From: Phoronis australis
Taxonomy: Eukaryota > Animalia > Phoronida
DNA: 64,000 nucleotides
Assembly: GCA_002633005.1 (NCBI GenBank)
Contig: NMRA01000112.1
Coordinates: 446,629-510,628 of the forward strand
Direction: 5' to 3'
Shown here: positions 47,056 through 60,108 of the stretch, piece after piece
How the letters are laid out: every line of letters starts with the position of its first letter
How positions within the stretch are numbered: position 1 is the stretch's first letter
Made by a program: the position numbers and the translations under genes
The notes under the pieces: generated by a model
Databases searched by the model: none
What the model saw: only the letters and a program-made list of their open reading frames with translations
What the model was told of the DNA's origin: nothing

Positions 47056-50000
47056 CTGGAGTGTAAATGAATGAAATGTGCAGACAAATAATAATTTAGT
47101 ATTCGGAAATGATCGGTAAAACAAGGGATGACTATATTAAAATAAAATTTCAGGACATGGTGTAATCGTAATACTGACCGAGGTCAATTCGGTAGGAGAA
47201 ATAACACGGGCCTCCCACACTACCATGTACGCAGATGACTTACTTGTTTCGATTATTTCTAAACATTCCTGAGCCAATGCCAAGGGAAGCAAGGCGTTGT
47301 CTACGGCTAGTTTCTGACGGTATGACGTATGACGGCAGAAACGAGGCCACGCGCTTGACTGGCGAGAGAATGTCACTGGAAATTAAATACAATGATGGAA
47401 AACACGTTAGTGACCTGGTCAACTGTTCCAATTTGAAACTATTTTAAACTAACATAGTGACAGAATTCCGGACAGCTTTGAATTCTAGCCATGTCCAACA
47501 CGAACGTACATGACATTGGCAAACAGTACAGTTTGTTTTGTAAATAGTATTGGCCATTTTTAAAGCCTAACTTCAACGGAATTTTGTTATTTTAGATGTA
47601 TTGGGCTAACAAAATAGTCCTAGCAAAGCCTTAGTAAAATAAGAAAACGAGAGTTCAATCACGCAAATGTAAGCCTGTCAAATGATAAGTGAAGCTGCCT
47701 TTTCGTGTCATGTTGCGTCAGCGCGAAATCCCAGCACACACAACAAAAGGTTGTATATTGAATAGGGGTCTGAATAGAACACCATTGCGTGTGCGGGTGC
47801 TATTCGCCGCTGTTTGAATTAAAGGGTGATTCTCGCGGTGATGTAGACAAAAGCAAGCCAATGCGCCTAACAGTTCGTTACATATTTGGCAATTTATGAC
47901 ACTAGTGGGCCCAGAGCGATGGTCTTAACATAGTGTAGGAACCAAATTTACAGGTGTTACCGTTGAATATAGGCTTTAAAACTGCCATGAATTGGCTTCT
48001 GAGCATGTTAGTGTTCCGCCTGGTAAGACAATTAAGTATTCACTTTGAGGTGGTCAGTGCTACCGGGTAGCGTCATGCTTAATATTGNNNNNNNNNNNNN
48101 NNNNNNNNNNNNNNNNNNNNNNNNNNNNNNNNNNNNNNNNNNNNNNNNNNNNNNNNNNNNNNNNNNNNNNNNNNNNNNNNNNNNNNNNNNNNNNNNNNNN
48201 NNNNNNNNNNNNNNNNNNNNNNNNNNNNNNNNNNNNNNNNNNNNNNNNNNNNNNNNNNNNNNNNNNNNNNNNNNNNNNNNNNNNNNNNNNNNNNNNNNNN
48301 NNNNNNNNNNNNNNNNNNNNNNNNNNNNNNNNNNNNNNNNNNNNNNNNNNNNNNNNNNNNNNNNNNNNNNNNNNNNNNNNNNNNNNNNNNNNNNNNNNNN
48401 NNNNNNNNNNNNNNNNNNNNNNNNNNNNNNNNNNNNNNNNNNNNNNNNNNNNNNNNNNNNNNNNNNNNNNNNNNNNNNNNNNNNNNNNNNNNNNNNNNNN
48501 NNNNNNNNNNNNNNNNNNNNNNNNNNNNNNNNNNNNNNNNNNNNNNNNNNNNNNNNNNNNNNNNNNNNNNNNNNNNNNNNNNNNNNNNNNNNNNNNNNNN
48601 NNNNNNNNNNNNNNNNNNNNNNNNNNNNNNNNNNNNNNNNNNNNNNNNNNNNNNNNNNNNNNNNNNNNNNNNNNNNNNNNNNNNNNNNNNNNNNNNNNNN
48701 NNNNNNNNNNNNNNNNNNNNNNNNNNNNNNNNNNNNNNNNNNNNNNNNNNNNNNNNNNNNNNNNNNNNNNNNNNNNNNNNNNNNNNNNNNNNNNNNNNNN
48801 NNNNNNNNNNNNNNNNNNNNNNNNNNNNNNNNNNNNNNNNNNNNNNNNNNNNNNNNNNNNNNNNNNNNNNNNNNNNNNNNNNNNNNNNNNNNNNNNNNNN
48901 NNNNNNNNNNNNNNNNNNNNNNNNNNNNNNNNNNNNTCAGGACATGGTGTAATCGTAATACTGACCGAGGTCAATTCGGTAGGAGAAATAACACGGGCCT
49001 CCCACACTACCATGTACGCAGATGACTTACTTGTTTCGATTATTTCTAAACATTCCTGAGCCAATTCCAAGGGAAGCAAGGCGTTGTCTACGGCTAGTTT
49101 CTGACGGTATGACGTATGACGGCAGAAACGAGGCCACGCGCTTGACTGGCGAGAGAATGTCACTGGAAATTAAATACAATGATGGAAAACACGTTAGTGA
49201 CATGGTCAACTGTTCCAATTTGAAACTGTTTTACACTAGCATAGTGACAGAATTCCGGACAGCTTTGAATTCTAGCCATGTCCAACACGAACATACATGA
49301 CATTGGCAAACAGTACAGTTTGTTTTGTAAATAGTATTGGCCATTTTTAAAGCCTAACTTTAACGGAATTTTGTTATTTTAGATGTATTGGGCTAACAAA
49401 ATAGTCCTAGCAAAGCCTTAGTAAAATAAGAAAACGAGAGTTCAATCAGGCAAATGTAAGCCTGTCAAATGATAAGTGAAGATGCCTTTTCGTGTCATTT
49501 TGAGTCAGCGCGAAATCCCAGCACACACAACAAAAGGTTGTATATTGAATAGTGGTCTGAATAGAACACCATTGCGTGTGCGGGTGCTATTCGCCGTTAT
49601 TTGAATTAAAGGGTGATTCTCGCGGCGATGTAGACAAAAGCAAGCCAATGCGCCTTAAATTACAGTTCGTTACATATTTGGCAATTTATGGCACTAGTGG
49701 GCCCAGAGCGATGGTCTTAACATACTGTAGGAACCAAATTTACAGGTGTTACCGTTGAATATAGGCTTTAAAACTGCCATGAATTGGCTTCTGAGCATGT
49801 TAGTGTTCCGCCTGGTAAGACAATTAAGTATTCACTTTCAGGTGGTCAGTGCTACCGGGTAGCGTCATGCTTAATATTGTCGAAAGCATTAATAAGCTTA
49901 ATGAATTAAAGTGCAGGGGGCATATTGTTCTTTGAAAATCGTCCTTTCCAGTCTAGTCAACAGATGACGTGTAGCGGTATCCATAAAGAAACCATGTTAT

Positions 50001-53000
50001 AGGGTTTGAAGATTCAGCCAACAGGCACCGTAACGTGTTCTTCCCTGGTTTAGGGGTGAATACTACCCTGCTTTCTGCCCATGTTTTGAGGATGCAAACT
50101 AGTCGAAGACTGGCTTGTAAATGGCTGTACATGCATAAAATGATGACACCTCAGCCTCATGCAGCGTTATATGTTTAGATGACGTCTAGTCCCAGGGACT
50201 CCCATTGCTAAAGTCAACTTCACAAAGTATGGTGTGGCTTTGCCTTGCAACACTACTATGGCTCACACTCCACGCGGGATTACGTCACTTCAGAACTTTA
50301 CGAGAAAGTTGCACGCTATTAGGATAGTGCTTCACCATTGGCACCTCCAGTCTGTTTTCTCGGGAGTGGGAGTGGATTGACCTCAAGTTAGAGCGCTTCT
50401 TTGCTGACAGACGTTCCTCCAGGAATTATGCTTAGCTTTACGCGTAGTGGACTTTAACAAACAATAACCAAGATGATGATATGCATCCCAAGAACGACTA
50501 TATGTAGATAATCAAATAATTTGCCGATACAAACTTGTTGCAACCATACCTGGTGGTTCTTTTTCCCGGATATCCAGATGACCCTATTCCAAGGGATGTC
50601 ATGCCAACTCGCTGACCGGACGGAAGACTGTAGTAAGGAAATCTGGAAAAAGGAGGTCTTGGTGAATTTAACTGCGCTTCTCGAAGGACGAAATAGCGGA
50701 AATAAATGACACGGACTTATTGGTTTTATTGGTACATACTGTACACATTACGTATCAAAAGTTATCAATGCTTATTCAACGAAAGCAATTATTTGTTGTT
50801 TTGTAACGTGATGTGATATTACCAAACATGGCCAAATTGCTACCGACTATCACTTACCCTGCAGTGCGTTTGCCGGCACGGAATGACATGGGAATTGCGC
50901 GAGTGCCAGCGAGGCCAAGAGAGGCGAAACCCCGACTTCTAGCACCAGATGGCAGTATGTAAAATGGAAGCGAAAACGTCTTTCTGCAATGAGTACAATG
51001 ACAACGTGTAATAGGTGGTGTCCATAAAACTTACGCATGTTTTAAAATGATTACCGATGACTGTCATTCATTAGCATTAATATTTTGGGGTAAAGATGCT
51101 AATTGTAACCATGTCTTCACATATGTTAAGATAACCAAACAAAATGTACAAATCTGCCACGAACTAGGCGGCGAACAGCGAGGGATATTTGATGTCTTTG
51201 CTTATGTTCGCTCCGGCAAACAGCACACTTCTGTTAGTTATAACTGGATTGTGATGGCAGATCACGTGATGCGTTGAGCAGCACAACTTGTCATCGAAAG
51301 ACGGGTTGTTTACGTTTCATAAATTCACTTAAACAGACTTTTCGATGTCGTTAACTTGACGCAATGTTTCGTGACAGGTAAAACTAAATGAACAACGTCA
51401 AACAGGCAGAAAACAATGCCACTCACGTCATTGATAACCTGATGTATTTGAAATAGAATTCGCTGATTGTGGCTGCTGTTGACGGCGGTGATGATGGTTG
51501 TCCATAGGAGAATACATGACTTGCAAAGAGATTACCTCTAATGTACGAAAACAAACAGCTTAAAGATGAGAGGTGCGCCTTAAAATTGTGAAAAAAGGGG
51601 AAAAACATGGTGCTTAATGATGCCAACTTACGGTTTTCCCGTGTCTGTGAAATGTTCTTTTTCTTCTTTAAAGCCCTTGCCGTCCTCTGTGAGTTTGTCT
51701 GTGTTAGCATCGTTAATATTTCTGAAATTGCAAAACAGGATAGATAACTCACTCTACGAAATCAGTTTAATGAATAATAGTTAAACAGACTCTCAGACAC
51801 AATCAATTTTGATGCCATAGGATGTCTGCCTTGTTGATATCTGGCCAGATTTTAATTTGTGCAGCTGCTGAAATATTGAAATAAAATCAAATTGACGGAT
51901 TTTACATAAGTGCGTTTCGGTTCATCGTAGTCAAAAGCGACGCAGTGTGAATTTGAACACAAACCAGTGTAGTCAAATTTTTTTTCCAATTGATTATTTC
52001 CTCAGGGCGTCACTTTTTTCGAAAGAAACTGAAATGAACATGGGGTGATGATTTTTTTTTATTTTATGAGAGTGTACGTAAATGGCAGCCAATGCTAATT
52101 GAAACCAAACGTGAATTCGTAATATTGTGTAAAAAAACACAGGGCTATGGTTTACGAAGTATATGAATATTTAAACAAGAGCATTTCGTGAATTATTGAA
52201 TTTTTCGTCTTTGGGTTGGTGAGGCTCGTGCTGTGTTCTAAATTGGCAAGAAAAAAGAAAAAAAGAATTATAAGATATCGACTCAGATGTTAAAGCCAAC
52301 CACTTTCCAATGTCTTTATAATATGATAAACCACTAAACACAAACCCCGGCAGAAGTGATAAGACAAGAATACAAACGCATAAAAATCATCAAATCGAGT
52401 AACGTTATTGATTTAATTGTTTGTTACGATCGCTAGTTTTATCGTTGAACAACCACATAGAAATCTATTAATCATAATATTTCCCGCGGAAATCCCAGAT
52501 TAACCAGATAACCTGCCGGTAATTAATCTACGAGAAATGTTCTATTGTTTCAAAACTGTCATAAGTATTCTTTTATCAGCTATGTATAACCGAGTAAGCA
52601 AATTCCCAGAAGCTTGACCAAGCCAATAGGCACTTGACGATTTTAACGGTCCTTGACTGTGATTACAGAATTAATGTTTCGATCGGAAATCGTGTAAACC
52701 GCACAGATGTGATCTGGTTCAGATGGGCTGAGTAATTATGCCAATATTTGATCAAATTTAAAGTACCAAATGTCACTGATAACAACAGTGTATGTTTTAT
52801 AAAGATATCTTCTGGTGTAATATATGACAAACTTTAAATATCTTTTATCAAAAAATATTTTGTAAATTATTTTCACACACTACAAAAAAAATAATTATCA
52901 CCAAAGCCTAGACGTCTTAAAAATGAAGATGTAACGTAACGATTCGAGTTTAAAAGTTGCTCTTTTTACAACGGTGTCATACCACGTGTTTCTATTGGCG

Positions 53001-55437
53001 AGAAATCAGAAAAAACTGCTTTAGTTCGGAATATTGTTTCTACCGGAGGAAGTTGGAGTTCAGTACTCTACGGTCACACTAGGGACGTCTTCAATTTTGT
53101 GAGTTTTTACTCTAGCTAACCGGAAAACACAGTGAGAATTTCCGAGTTTGAAATAGAGGCACTGGTTCTGCATTACACACAGCGCCATTTTCGGCGCATG
53201 GAATGTTGTCGTTTGGAGGGTGGTGAATATTACGTTCATCAGACTAAAACAACGTATCCATGAACAAGTCACAGCCAGTTCAAACGCCGTTTTTAGGCTC
53301 ACGGAGACAACGCAACACAGAATTGACTATAGACATGCTGAAAATACCTAGTCTATGACTCCTTATCCCTGAACCTCCGTTTCTACGTTAACACCAACTC
53401 GACCGGTTTGTGAGCCTCAAATTCTGCAGCAAAGATCAAAGATTTCACCACGCAGTTGCCTCAGGCTGCTTATATTATCGTTCTTTAGATAATTAGACCC
53501 ATCATAAACACGCTGGGGGCGATGAATTTATTTTTTAATTTTTGGTTTTGGAAAGTTTTAAATAGCATATTTGAATAGTTTGTGAAAAGTACACGTGGTT
53601 TGCTGCTTGAAGTTTGAAAATCGGACAAGAATTGTGATTCTTACAACTAATGTTGTCAGTATCTTGCTTCTCATCATTATTTGGGCCAATTACTAAACCA
53701 GCAGACAGCAGTTGGATTTTGAGGCAACCCAAGTGTCATCGTACAGTTCTTGGCATTTCATCACATGCTAAGTCACTGCTGATTCATGAGCTCAATTCCG
53801 TTTAAAAATAATGTTACATTAACACAGCTACACCTGTGGCCTTGACGTTCTATGATTCTCACCAGTTATGAGCACCATAGTCTTCTGTAGAACCATTTAT
53901 TAGTCAGCGTATAGTCTATGACAGAAGTTCAGAAATGGTAATATTCTCGTGAGATGTTTTGTCGTTTTATTTCTATTGCAACAGGCAGGTACCTCGTCCA
54001 AAGGTTAGGAATGACTTCACTTCTAATCTAACTAAGGGACAATTAAACATTAATTTTAGCGATTCGCCCCTTATATAATAGGTTTTTCATTGTAAGCGGG
54101 TTCATAGTTGGTGTCTGTTTTAAAAAACAACACTTTCGAAAGCTGCCTGGTTTGTGCCACTCTCAGATAAGTGACAACAAAAGCCATTTGCTTGAGTTAA
54201 CGCTGCTAAAACTCGACTTCCAACACAAAACAACTTTTGGTTTAGAACACTTTCTGTTATCGGGCAAGTTGAAGATGATTTCAGGATTTTGAATGAACTG
54301 GCATTTCGCTAGTACTTGAGATCAAGCTTTACAAGATGGCTTTAGAAGTTGGTTTGTCATGGCGAGTTATTTTATGCGTCGAGCATGTTCTCGCGGAATA
54401 ACGAACTTCAGTTCTTTACGAATTCACAACTCCCTTCTCCTCTGAATAAGGACCAAATTGTGGTCAATTATAAAACGAAAAGTAGTTTGAAAGTTCGCTT
54501 GTTTGATGGAACTCGGTTTATAGCCGCTTTAACAGCTACATGTACTTCCGTCAATTATATTTTGTCATAAAAAGCGAACAATGTCTCTTTAAAAATGAAT
54601 GTTTCTGTGCTGTCTGAATCTCTTATTTTAGTGGGAGACTAAACGGATCAAAGGCATGCGTGAGTGATCAGGTTTGGCAAATAAATGCAAATAGGCTAAA
54701 GGCACTGGTTGCGTGTTTCAATCACGACGGTTATAACAGATACCGAGTAGCAAAGCTCGTGCACTTTTTCATAGTTGAAATTAACCTTATCAATTATTAT
54801 GCAGTCCCTGTAATTTAATAGTCAGATGATATGACAAACAATTCTTGACGACCTTTTGCTTTTGCAGCTTACTGTCGTCGTCATTAGGATTTTGATGTAT
54901 TGAGGTACAATTTAGTAAGTATTACTTCAATTATGTGGGCTCAAGTTGACAAGAAGCTCAATAACTTGCGTGCTTTCCATTTTGAAAGGAAAGACTGAAC
55001 ATCGGACGTAGGCTTCTTCATGTTCACCAGTTAGTCTGACATTCGTCATGTGCGCAGTACTAAAACATGAGACGTATGTCCAGTAGTGTACTCGCATCAA
55101 AAGTGCAGACGAGGTGCGACACAAAATTAAATTCCCTACGAAACTGTACTCTTTGAGACTTACGGCCAGGTTTACTGAAATTGCTACTATCTGTAAACGT
55201 TACTGCTATACAACTCTGCGAAAGGATGACTTTATCAACTGAAGATATCTACGTAGGCGCCACCTTTTCTTTGTCCACTTTCCAACCAAGTTGCACATGC
55301 CGCAACAATAGCGGAGTTTCCCTGTAATACACTCACGAAAGTATAAAGTAGCAAAAAGTAACTTACCTAATGGAGGCGCATTTTGCCAGTCCAATAATTC
55401 CTACACAGCAGACGATGAATGTTCGCGTGATGTCCAT
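46893..55437 (-). CDS. Secreted neuropeptide-type prohormone, 7 coding exons, ~261 aa, three related peptides
   Basis: Exons (-): 55437-55367, 51721-51632, 51537-51427, 50983-50858, 50642-50550, 47375-47244 (duplicate 49162-49031), 47055-46893. All introns GT-AG phase 2, open frame. Signal peptide MDITRTFIVCCVGIIGLAKCA; GKR x2 and KR x2 sites; repeated peptide motif. Confidence 0.75.
47244..47375 (-). CDS. Prohormone exon: peptide 3 (non-amidated)
   Basis: ttccag acceptor, aa|gtaagt donor; DILSPV-KR-VASFLPSYVIPSETSRRQRLASLGIGSGMFRNNRN. Confidence 0.8.
48088..48936. other. Assembly gap
   Basis: Run of N. Confidence 0.99.
49031..49162 (-). CDS. Prohormone exon: peptide 3 (copy distal to the terminal exon, beyond the gap)
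   Basis: Same as 47244-47375 apart from one synonymous change (GGC/GGA). Confidence 0.6.
50550..50642 (-). CDS. Prohormone exon: peptide 2 (...SGYP-amide)
   Basis: cctcctttttccag acceptor, ag|gtatgg donor; FPYYSLPSGQRVGMTSLGIGSSGYP-GKR-TT. Confidence 0.8.
50858..50983 (-). CDS. Prohormone exon: peptide 1 (...MSFRA-amide)
   Basis: ttgcag acceptor, gg|gtaagt donor; KTFSLPFYILPSGARSRGFASLGLAGTRAIPMSFRA-GKR-TA. Confidence 0.8.
51427..51537 (-). CDS. Prohormone exon (least certain)
   Basis: cattag acceptor, ac|gtgagt donor, 111 nt, open only in phase 2; GNLFASHVFSYGQPSSPPSTAATISEFYFKYIRLSM. Confidence 0.5.
51632..51721 (-). CDS. Prohormone exon: acidic spacer
   Basis: tttcag acceptor, cc|gtaagt donor, 90 nt; NINDANTDKLTEDGKGFKEEKEHFTDTGK. 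Confidence 0.65.
55367..55437 (-). CDS. Prohormone exon: signal peptide
   Basis: tttcag acceptor at 55449-51, AAATGG start, MDITRTFIVCCVGIIGLAKCASI, ag|gtaagt donor. Confidence 0.7.
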
Positions 55438-56599
55438 TTCCAACTACTCTGAAAATACAAAACCACAAAATTACGATAAATTTAGCAAACTTCAAAAGCA
55501 CAATTACAAAAAAGAATTCTGCTACACGACCACAGAGCAAGGAGTAGATTCTAGAGTTTTTAATGAAATATTTTGCTACGGCGCTTGTAAAATTCACTGT
55601 TTCTCTGAAACTATAAAGGTAATATTATTTTACATTTCAAATCCAAAAGGATAATCTCAGTCTCACTGCCGGTTACACTGGCGCTTTCTTGCAAATGTGC
55701 CTGCCTTACTATAGTTCACAACATTAATCACTGATTACTGTCTATCAAGAGCCTCATTAAGTATAACCTGGCTTGTGAAATCACTGCTCGCTTCAAGGAT
55801 GTGTAAATGTCAGTGTTTGTGACAATATTTGCCCAAGAATGTCAAAGTTTCCGAGTTTGTACAATAGAGATATATCAGAAAAACAAGTGTATATAATTGT
55901 TGGCGTCGAAACTGTTAGAAATTTTGCGTAGTACAGTCGCAGTTCGCCGACGGAGACGTGCACTTAAGTTATCTTACAGACGCGGAGGATGTTTGAAAGT
56001 CTCAGTTTTGCGGGGGAAATTCCACTTATTTACACGTATTGTAAATTAGTTTAAGTTTAGTGTTGATGCTATCCTGTTTGTTTATTTCCTTCGCTACAGT
56101 CATTCCAATTGTTTCATGAGATTAGTTTTTTGCTTTGACATTTAAAGATTGCGTTTATTAATCGCCCAAAATCTACTTTTTTGTGGCACAGATCCTATTA
56201 AGGTGCGTCATATCATGCATAAAGTTGTTTCGGCGTGTTATTGTAGAGTTCAGAGTAAAATATCGCTGAAAGGTCCGAAAACATCCTGCAGGTAGGGATT
56301 GCTACGCGTGTCTGAGTTTTCGTTTGAATGTCTGTCTCGCATTAGCTAAGGCACGACACTTTTCTAAGAAGCCACGCGTGCATTCTGTAGACGAAATACC
56401 TCAAGAAAATGTAAGATCCTGCAAGACTTCGCGAGATATCGTCATGTATTAAAAGCGAGCCATGTGATCACGCTAGTTTCTTTCGCGAAATGCATGCATC
56501 TACGAAACTAAAACGTTAAATAGACCTAGTTTCTTAGCAGGCACTGTACTGGGTTTTGCCTGGCAGTGCACACGTCAAAGAATTTCATGCCTGACTGGC

Positions 56600-57078
56600 G
56601 AAAACTCTCTAACAGCATCGAAAGTTTTGAGTGGTTTCACATCAAAACCGCTCTGCTTGACAACAGAAACTTTTCCTCCGAAAGAGGTTGCGAAAAAAGG
56701 AAAATTGTCAGTTTCATGCAGCCCCAAACCACCGTTTTCCTGCCAATGCTTGACAAAAGCCAATCTATTGTTCTGAAAGAAAATTTTCTTCAGATTCTAA
56801 AAATGGACTTTAAAACTATTATCGCCTGACTAGATTTTTTTTTGAAATTCTGTTTTGTATGAGCGCAACCTAAAATCGGTGCAAATTTCCCAGTTGCTAC
56901 GGAGATATACAGCACAAGTATAGTTGGCGCCATTTTGAAGGAAGTGTATCTATAGCCGAACTAATGATTTTTTCTCATTTCCAATATGTTCCCTATTACA
57001 ACCAAACCAGATTTTAAACCTAATGGTAATGCCTGCTTTAAATTTTCCGCCAAATCTGGCCTACCCCAAATACTTAAT
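56600..57078 (+). repeat. Dispersed repeat family B, copy 2
   Basis: Diverged colinear match to 30520-31056. Confidence 0.65.
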
Positions 57079-60000
57079 TTAACAAAACCCCTGCTGAATA
57101 TGATAACGTGTCCCACGACATGTGACACTGCTTCAAAGATAATTAATTTATCATTGAAATGTTGACTTTACAGATTGTTTCTAAATAAATTTACTTGATT
57201 AGGTTATCAAATATTTTCTTAATTGTCTTAATTAATTTACAAGTTGTACCATTTCAAGCACTCGAAAGCCCACGTCAAATATGAATTTAAATTATGTTTA
57301 ATATCGGAAATGTTACGCATTTAATCCGGAGAAGCCCATCTGTACACATATTGATCACAAAAATTAATACTTTATTAATATACTATAAACTGTGGAAATT
57401 ACGGCATACTAAGTCTATAAGAAATAAAGTTAATCTGTTTAAACTTCCTTAAAGACCAGGGAGGTACTTAGGTTAAGGCTGGGCAGTTTACACTCCTATG
57501 ATCAACCCTTTTTGATCATTTTAGTGAAAACTGCGATTAAAAATCGATAACAACTCCGGAACCGCTTGCATAAGAATAAGTCTGATGACGTAAATAATGA
57601 CATCACACAATTGCACATGTATCACATTTCCCTTTTGTTGAATCATTGTTTGTTGCGTCAGACAACAAACAGCGCCACCCAGCTTACAATTGCTTTCATG
57701 AAGTCCAGGATTGCATTCCGAAGAGCAAGTTCTCTGCTAGAAAAATGACACCACACAAGTCTCCACGAAATATCGCCGCGCAGACCAGGGCCGAGTAGCA
57801 CAAAGCTTCAAAAGTTATCCGCTGGATAAGTTTGATTGTTGCATGAGTCAGGTGCATTGTTCAAGAATAACAACGTGACGCGTGATAATACGACGTCATT
57901 GTTGCTTAACGGCGTATAATTTTTATGTATCTGGGCCCAGGTCACCACTGTGAGTTACATGAGGTTTCAGTCGTCAACACGGTGTTGGCGTCAGGGGAAA
58001 TTTAGACACTGAATTGTTACCAATTTGAAAGGAAGACACCAGGGCATGGTCTATAGCGGCAGCTAAGAATTACCGTCGACCATTATTTATTGTTAACGTT
58101 ATCACACACAAAGATGGATATGTATTTTGATTTTTTACCAATCTGCCATTAATTTGCTCACGTAACCATGTTAGAAAAAAATCAGAAAAAAGAACGTCAC
58201 TTGGTATCAATTACACAACCAAGTTTCGTTAATATAAATTTTCAACAGTTTTCTAAAGTAGCATTCCGTTGCAACTTTTGATTTTTTCATGAATATTATA
58301 AAAGCATCAATTTTGGTACTGCCTCATGCAAACGTCGACCAATTTAAACAATTCTTAAATGCGTTTTGGAGAATCGTGTATCTGAAAGTTTATGGTAAAT
58401 TTAATAAGCCACTTCTGATATATGATGTTTCAAAATCAGCCAAACTCGGAAATTTTTCAAGGTCCTACATAATTTTAAAATTATTTACTTACCAACGGAT
58501 GAATCTATTGATATATTCCACAAGTCGAGCTGGTCCAATTTTAATCAAACTATTATGTGAACGTCTTAGTCAATCTACCTTTTATGCAGTTGCAACGCCA
58601 CCGCGCGATTGAACGTCACACACTTTAAGGAAATGCGCGTGCGCTTGACCGAGACGATTCAATATTGACTTTTTTCAAACGCCTTGTTACCGTTCCCATC
58701 AAGCGTGTAGTTCCGGTACTTGAAGTAACTCCAGGTTTCTTGTAGAGTCTTAATGACGCAGACGACCGTCTTTGACCGGAATAGAGGGTGTCGTCCTCTT
58801 GACTAAACCAACCAATTGTTTAAATAAATGATAAGAAGTGTGAGACGTTGACCGTATGACGCAACGAGTAGCATTTTGTCGAATATTTATAACAGTAGTG
58901 TATCAATGATACTTGGCTAAAGCGCAACGGTCTAGTAAACTAAGTATTTATATATCAGGGTATAATAAGTTTTACGGTTAAAAACGCACTTTTAGGATTA
59001 TTTTTGGATGAGGTAGAGGTTTTGAACTCATTAGCTTTGTCCAGAGCCATAAAACGACCAACTCTGTTATGTTTGAAATTTACAACAAATCACTGTTGTC
59101 TGCAGCTCATACATTCGGTGAAATAAGGCTGGCACTTTTACCAGTGAATAAGCTTTAAATATTAAATGGGGTTTACAGGAACATTATCGTTTTTGCTCCC
59201 GAAAAACGCAATTTTGAGGTTATTGTTGAATGGAGTAGATTTCTTGATGTTATAAGCTTTGACCAGTGTCACAAAGCATCAAAATCGGTTGTGTCAGAAT
59301 GAGTATTTGTTACGTATATGTAATTTGTAAGGAATCGCCACAAAATAGGTGTCTAATCTTTTGGTGCTATCGTGTTTACAAACGACTTTATCTAAAACAT
59401 GCATCACCAGTTTATTTCTCTTATCTTTTATTCATTTTATTTACTGCTTAACATGTTTCATGTTTGTTGCCAATCACTTATACGTACTGTGAAAATATAT
59501 ACAGGATATGAAATTATTTTAGTTTGTTAAAAGGGGCTGTGAACCTGACACCAAATTTTGACTTAAACCACTTACAAGTAGGAAACTGGTCTGAAATTGT
59601 TCTTTGATAAAATTAAAGATGATTCCAGGGCTCCGACAGCGCAGCTTGTTATTGCTACAAGACTGTTGACTTCTCATGGCACGTCATTTTATGCGCCGCG
59701 CACGGTCTCAAGGAACAACGAATTCTTCATTCTTTGCCTGCCCACATACCACCTCCCATCTGAGTAAGGAACAAGTTGAGACCAATTTTGTAGCGGCAAG
59801 TCAAAAGTTAGCTTGTCGGACAGAACGCGGGACTATGTCCGGAAATATTTTACTTCAGAAGCTGAGTCAGGGTAGTTTTGTCCATGGTCGCCACTCATTT
59901 CAGACCAATATTTGGGTTGATTTCCGTAGGCGCAAGAATCTCACTAGGCAAGCTGCTGCATTGTGTAAAACGACACGTCATAACTTTGTCTCCAAATTAA

Positions 60001-60108
60001 ACAACTTCTTGGACGGGCCACACAAAGTGTAAATTGTTCGGTTCTATCAACATTGTTTTAATTACTCCATCTCAGCAACAAGCTGGTTCAATCAATGGAG
60101 GTACCACT

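Larger units (their letters stand above)
47150..49879. repeat. Near-identical ~940-bp direct duplication flanking an assembly gap (47150-48087 and 48937-49879)
   Basis: Copies differ by scattered SNPs and a small indel, and both abut the N run. Confidence 0.9.

Noticed and set aside
48045-49163. Long ORFs of 324-367 aa
   Set aside because: Translate through the N gap; the real exon is in another frame (49031-49162).
51427-51721. Alternative phase-1 reading (EILTMLTQ...HHHRRQQQPQ...*)
   Set aside because: Incompatible with the phase-2 signal-peptide exon and stops before the peptide exons.
54873-55322. Extra prohormone exon candidates (donors near 54872 and 55163, acceptors near 55060, 55191 and 55322)
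   Set aside because: Each has an in-frame stop in phase 2 or needs an intron of only ~44 nt.
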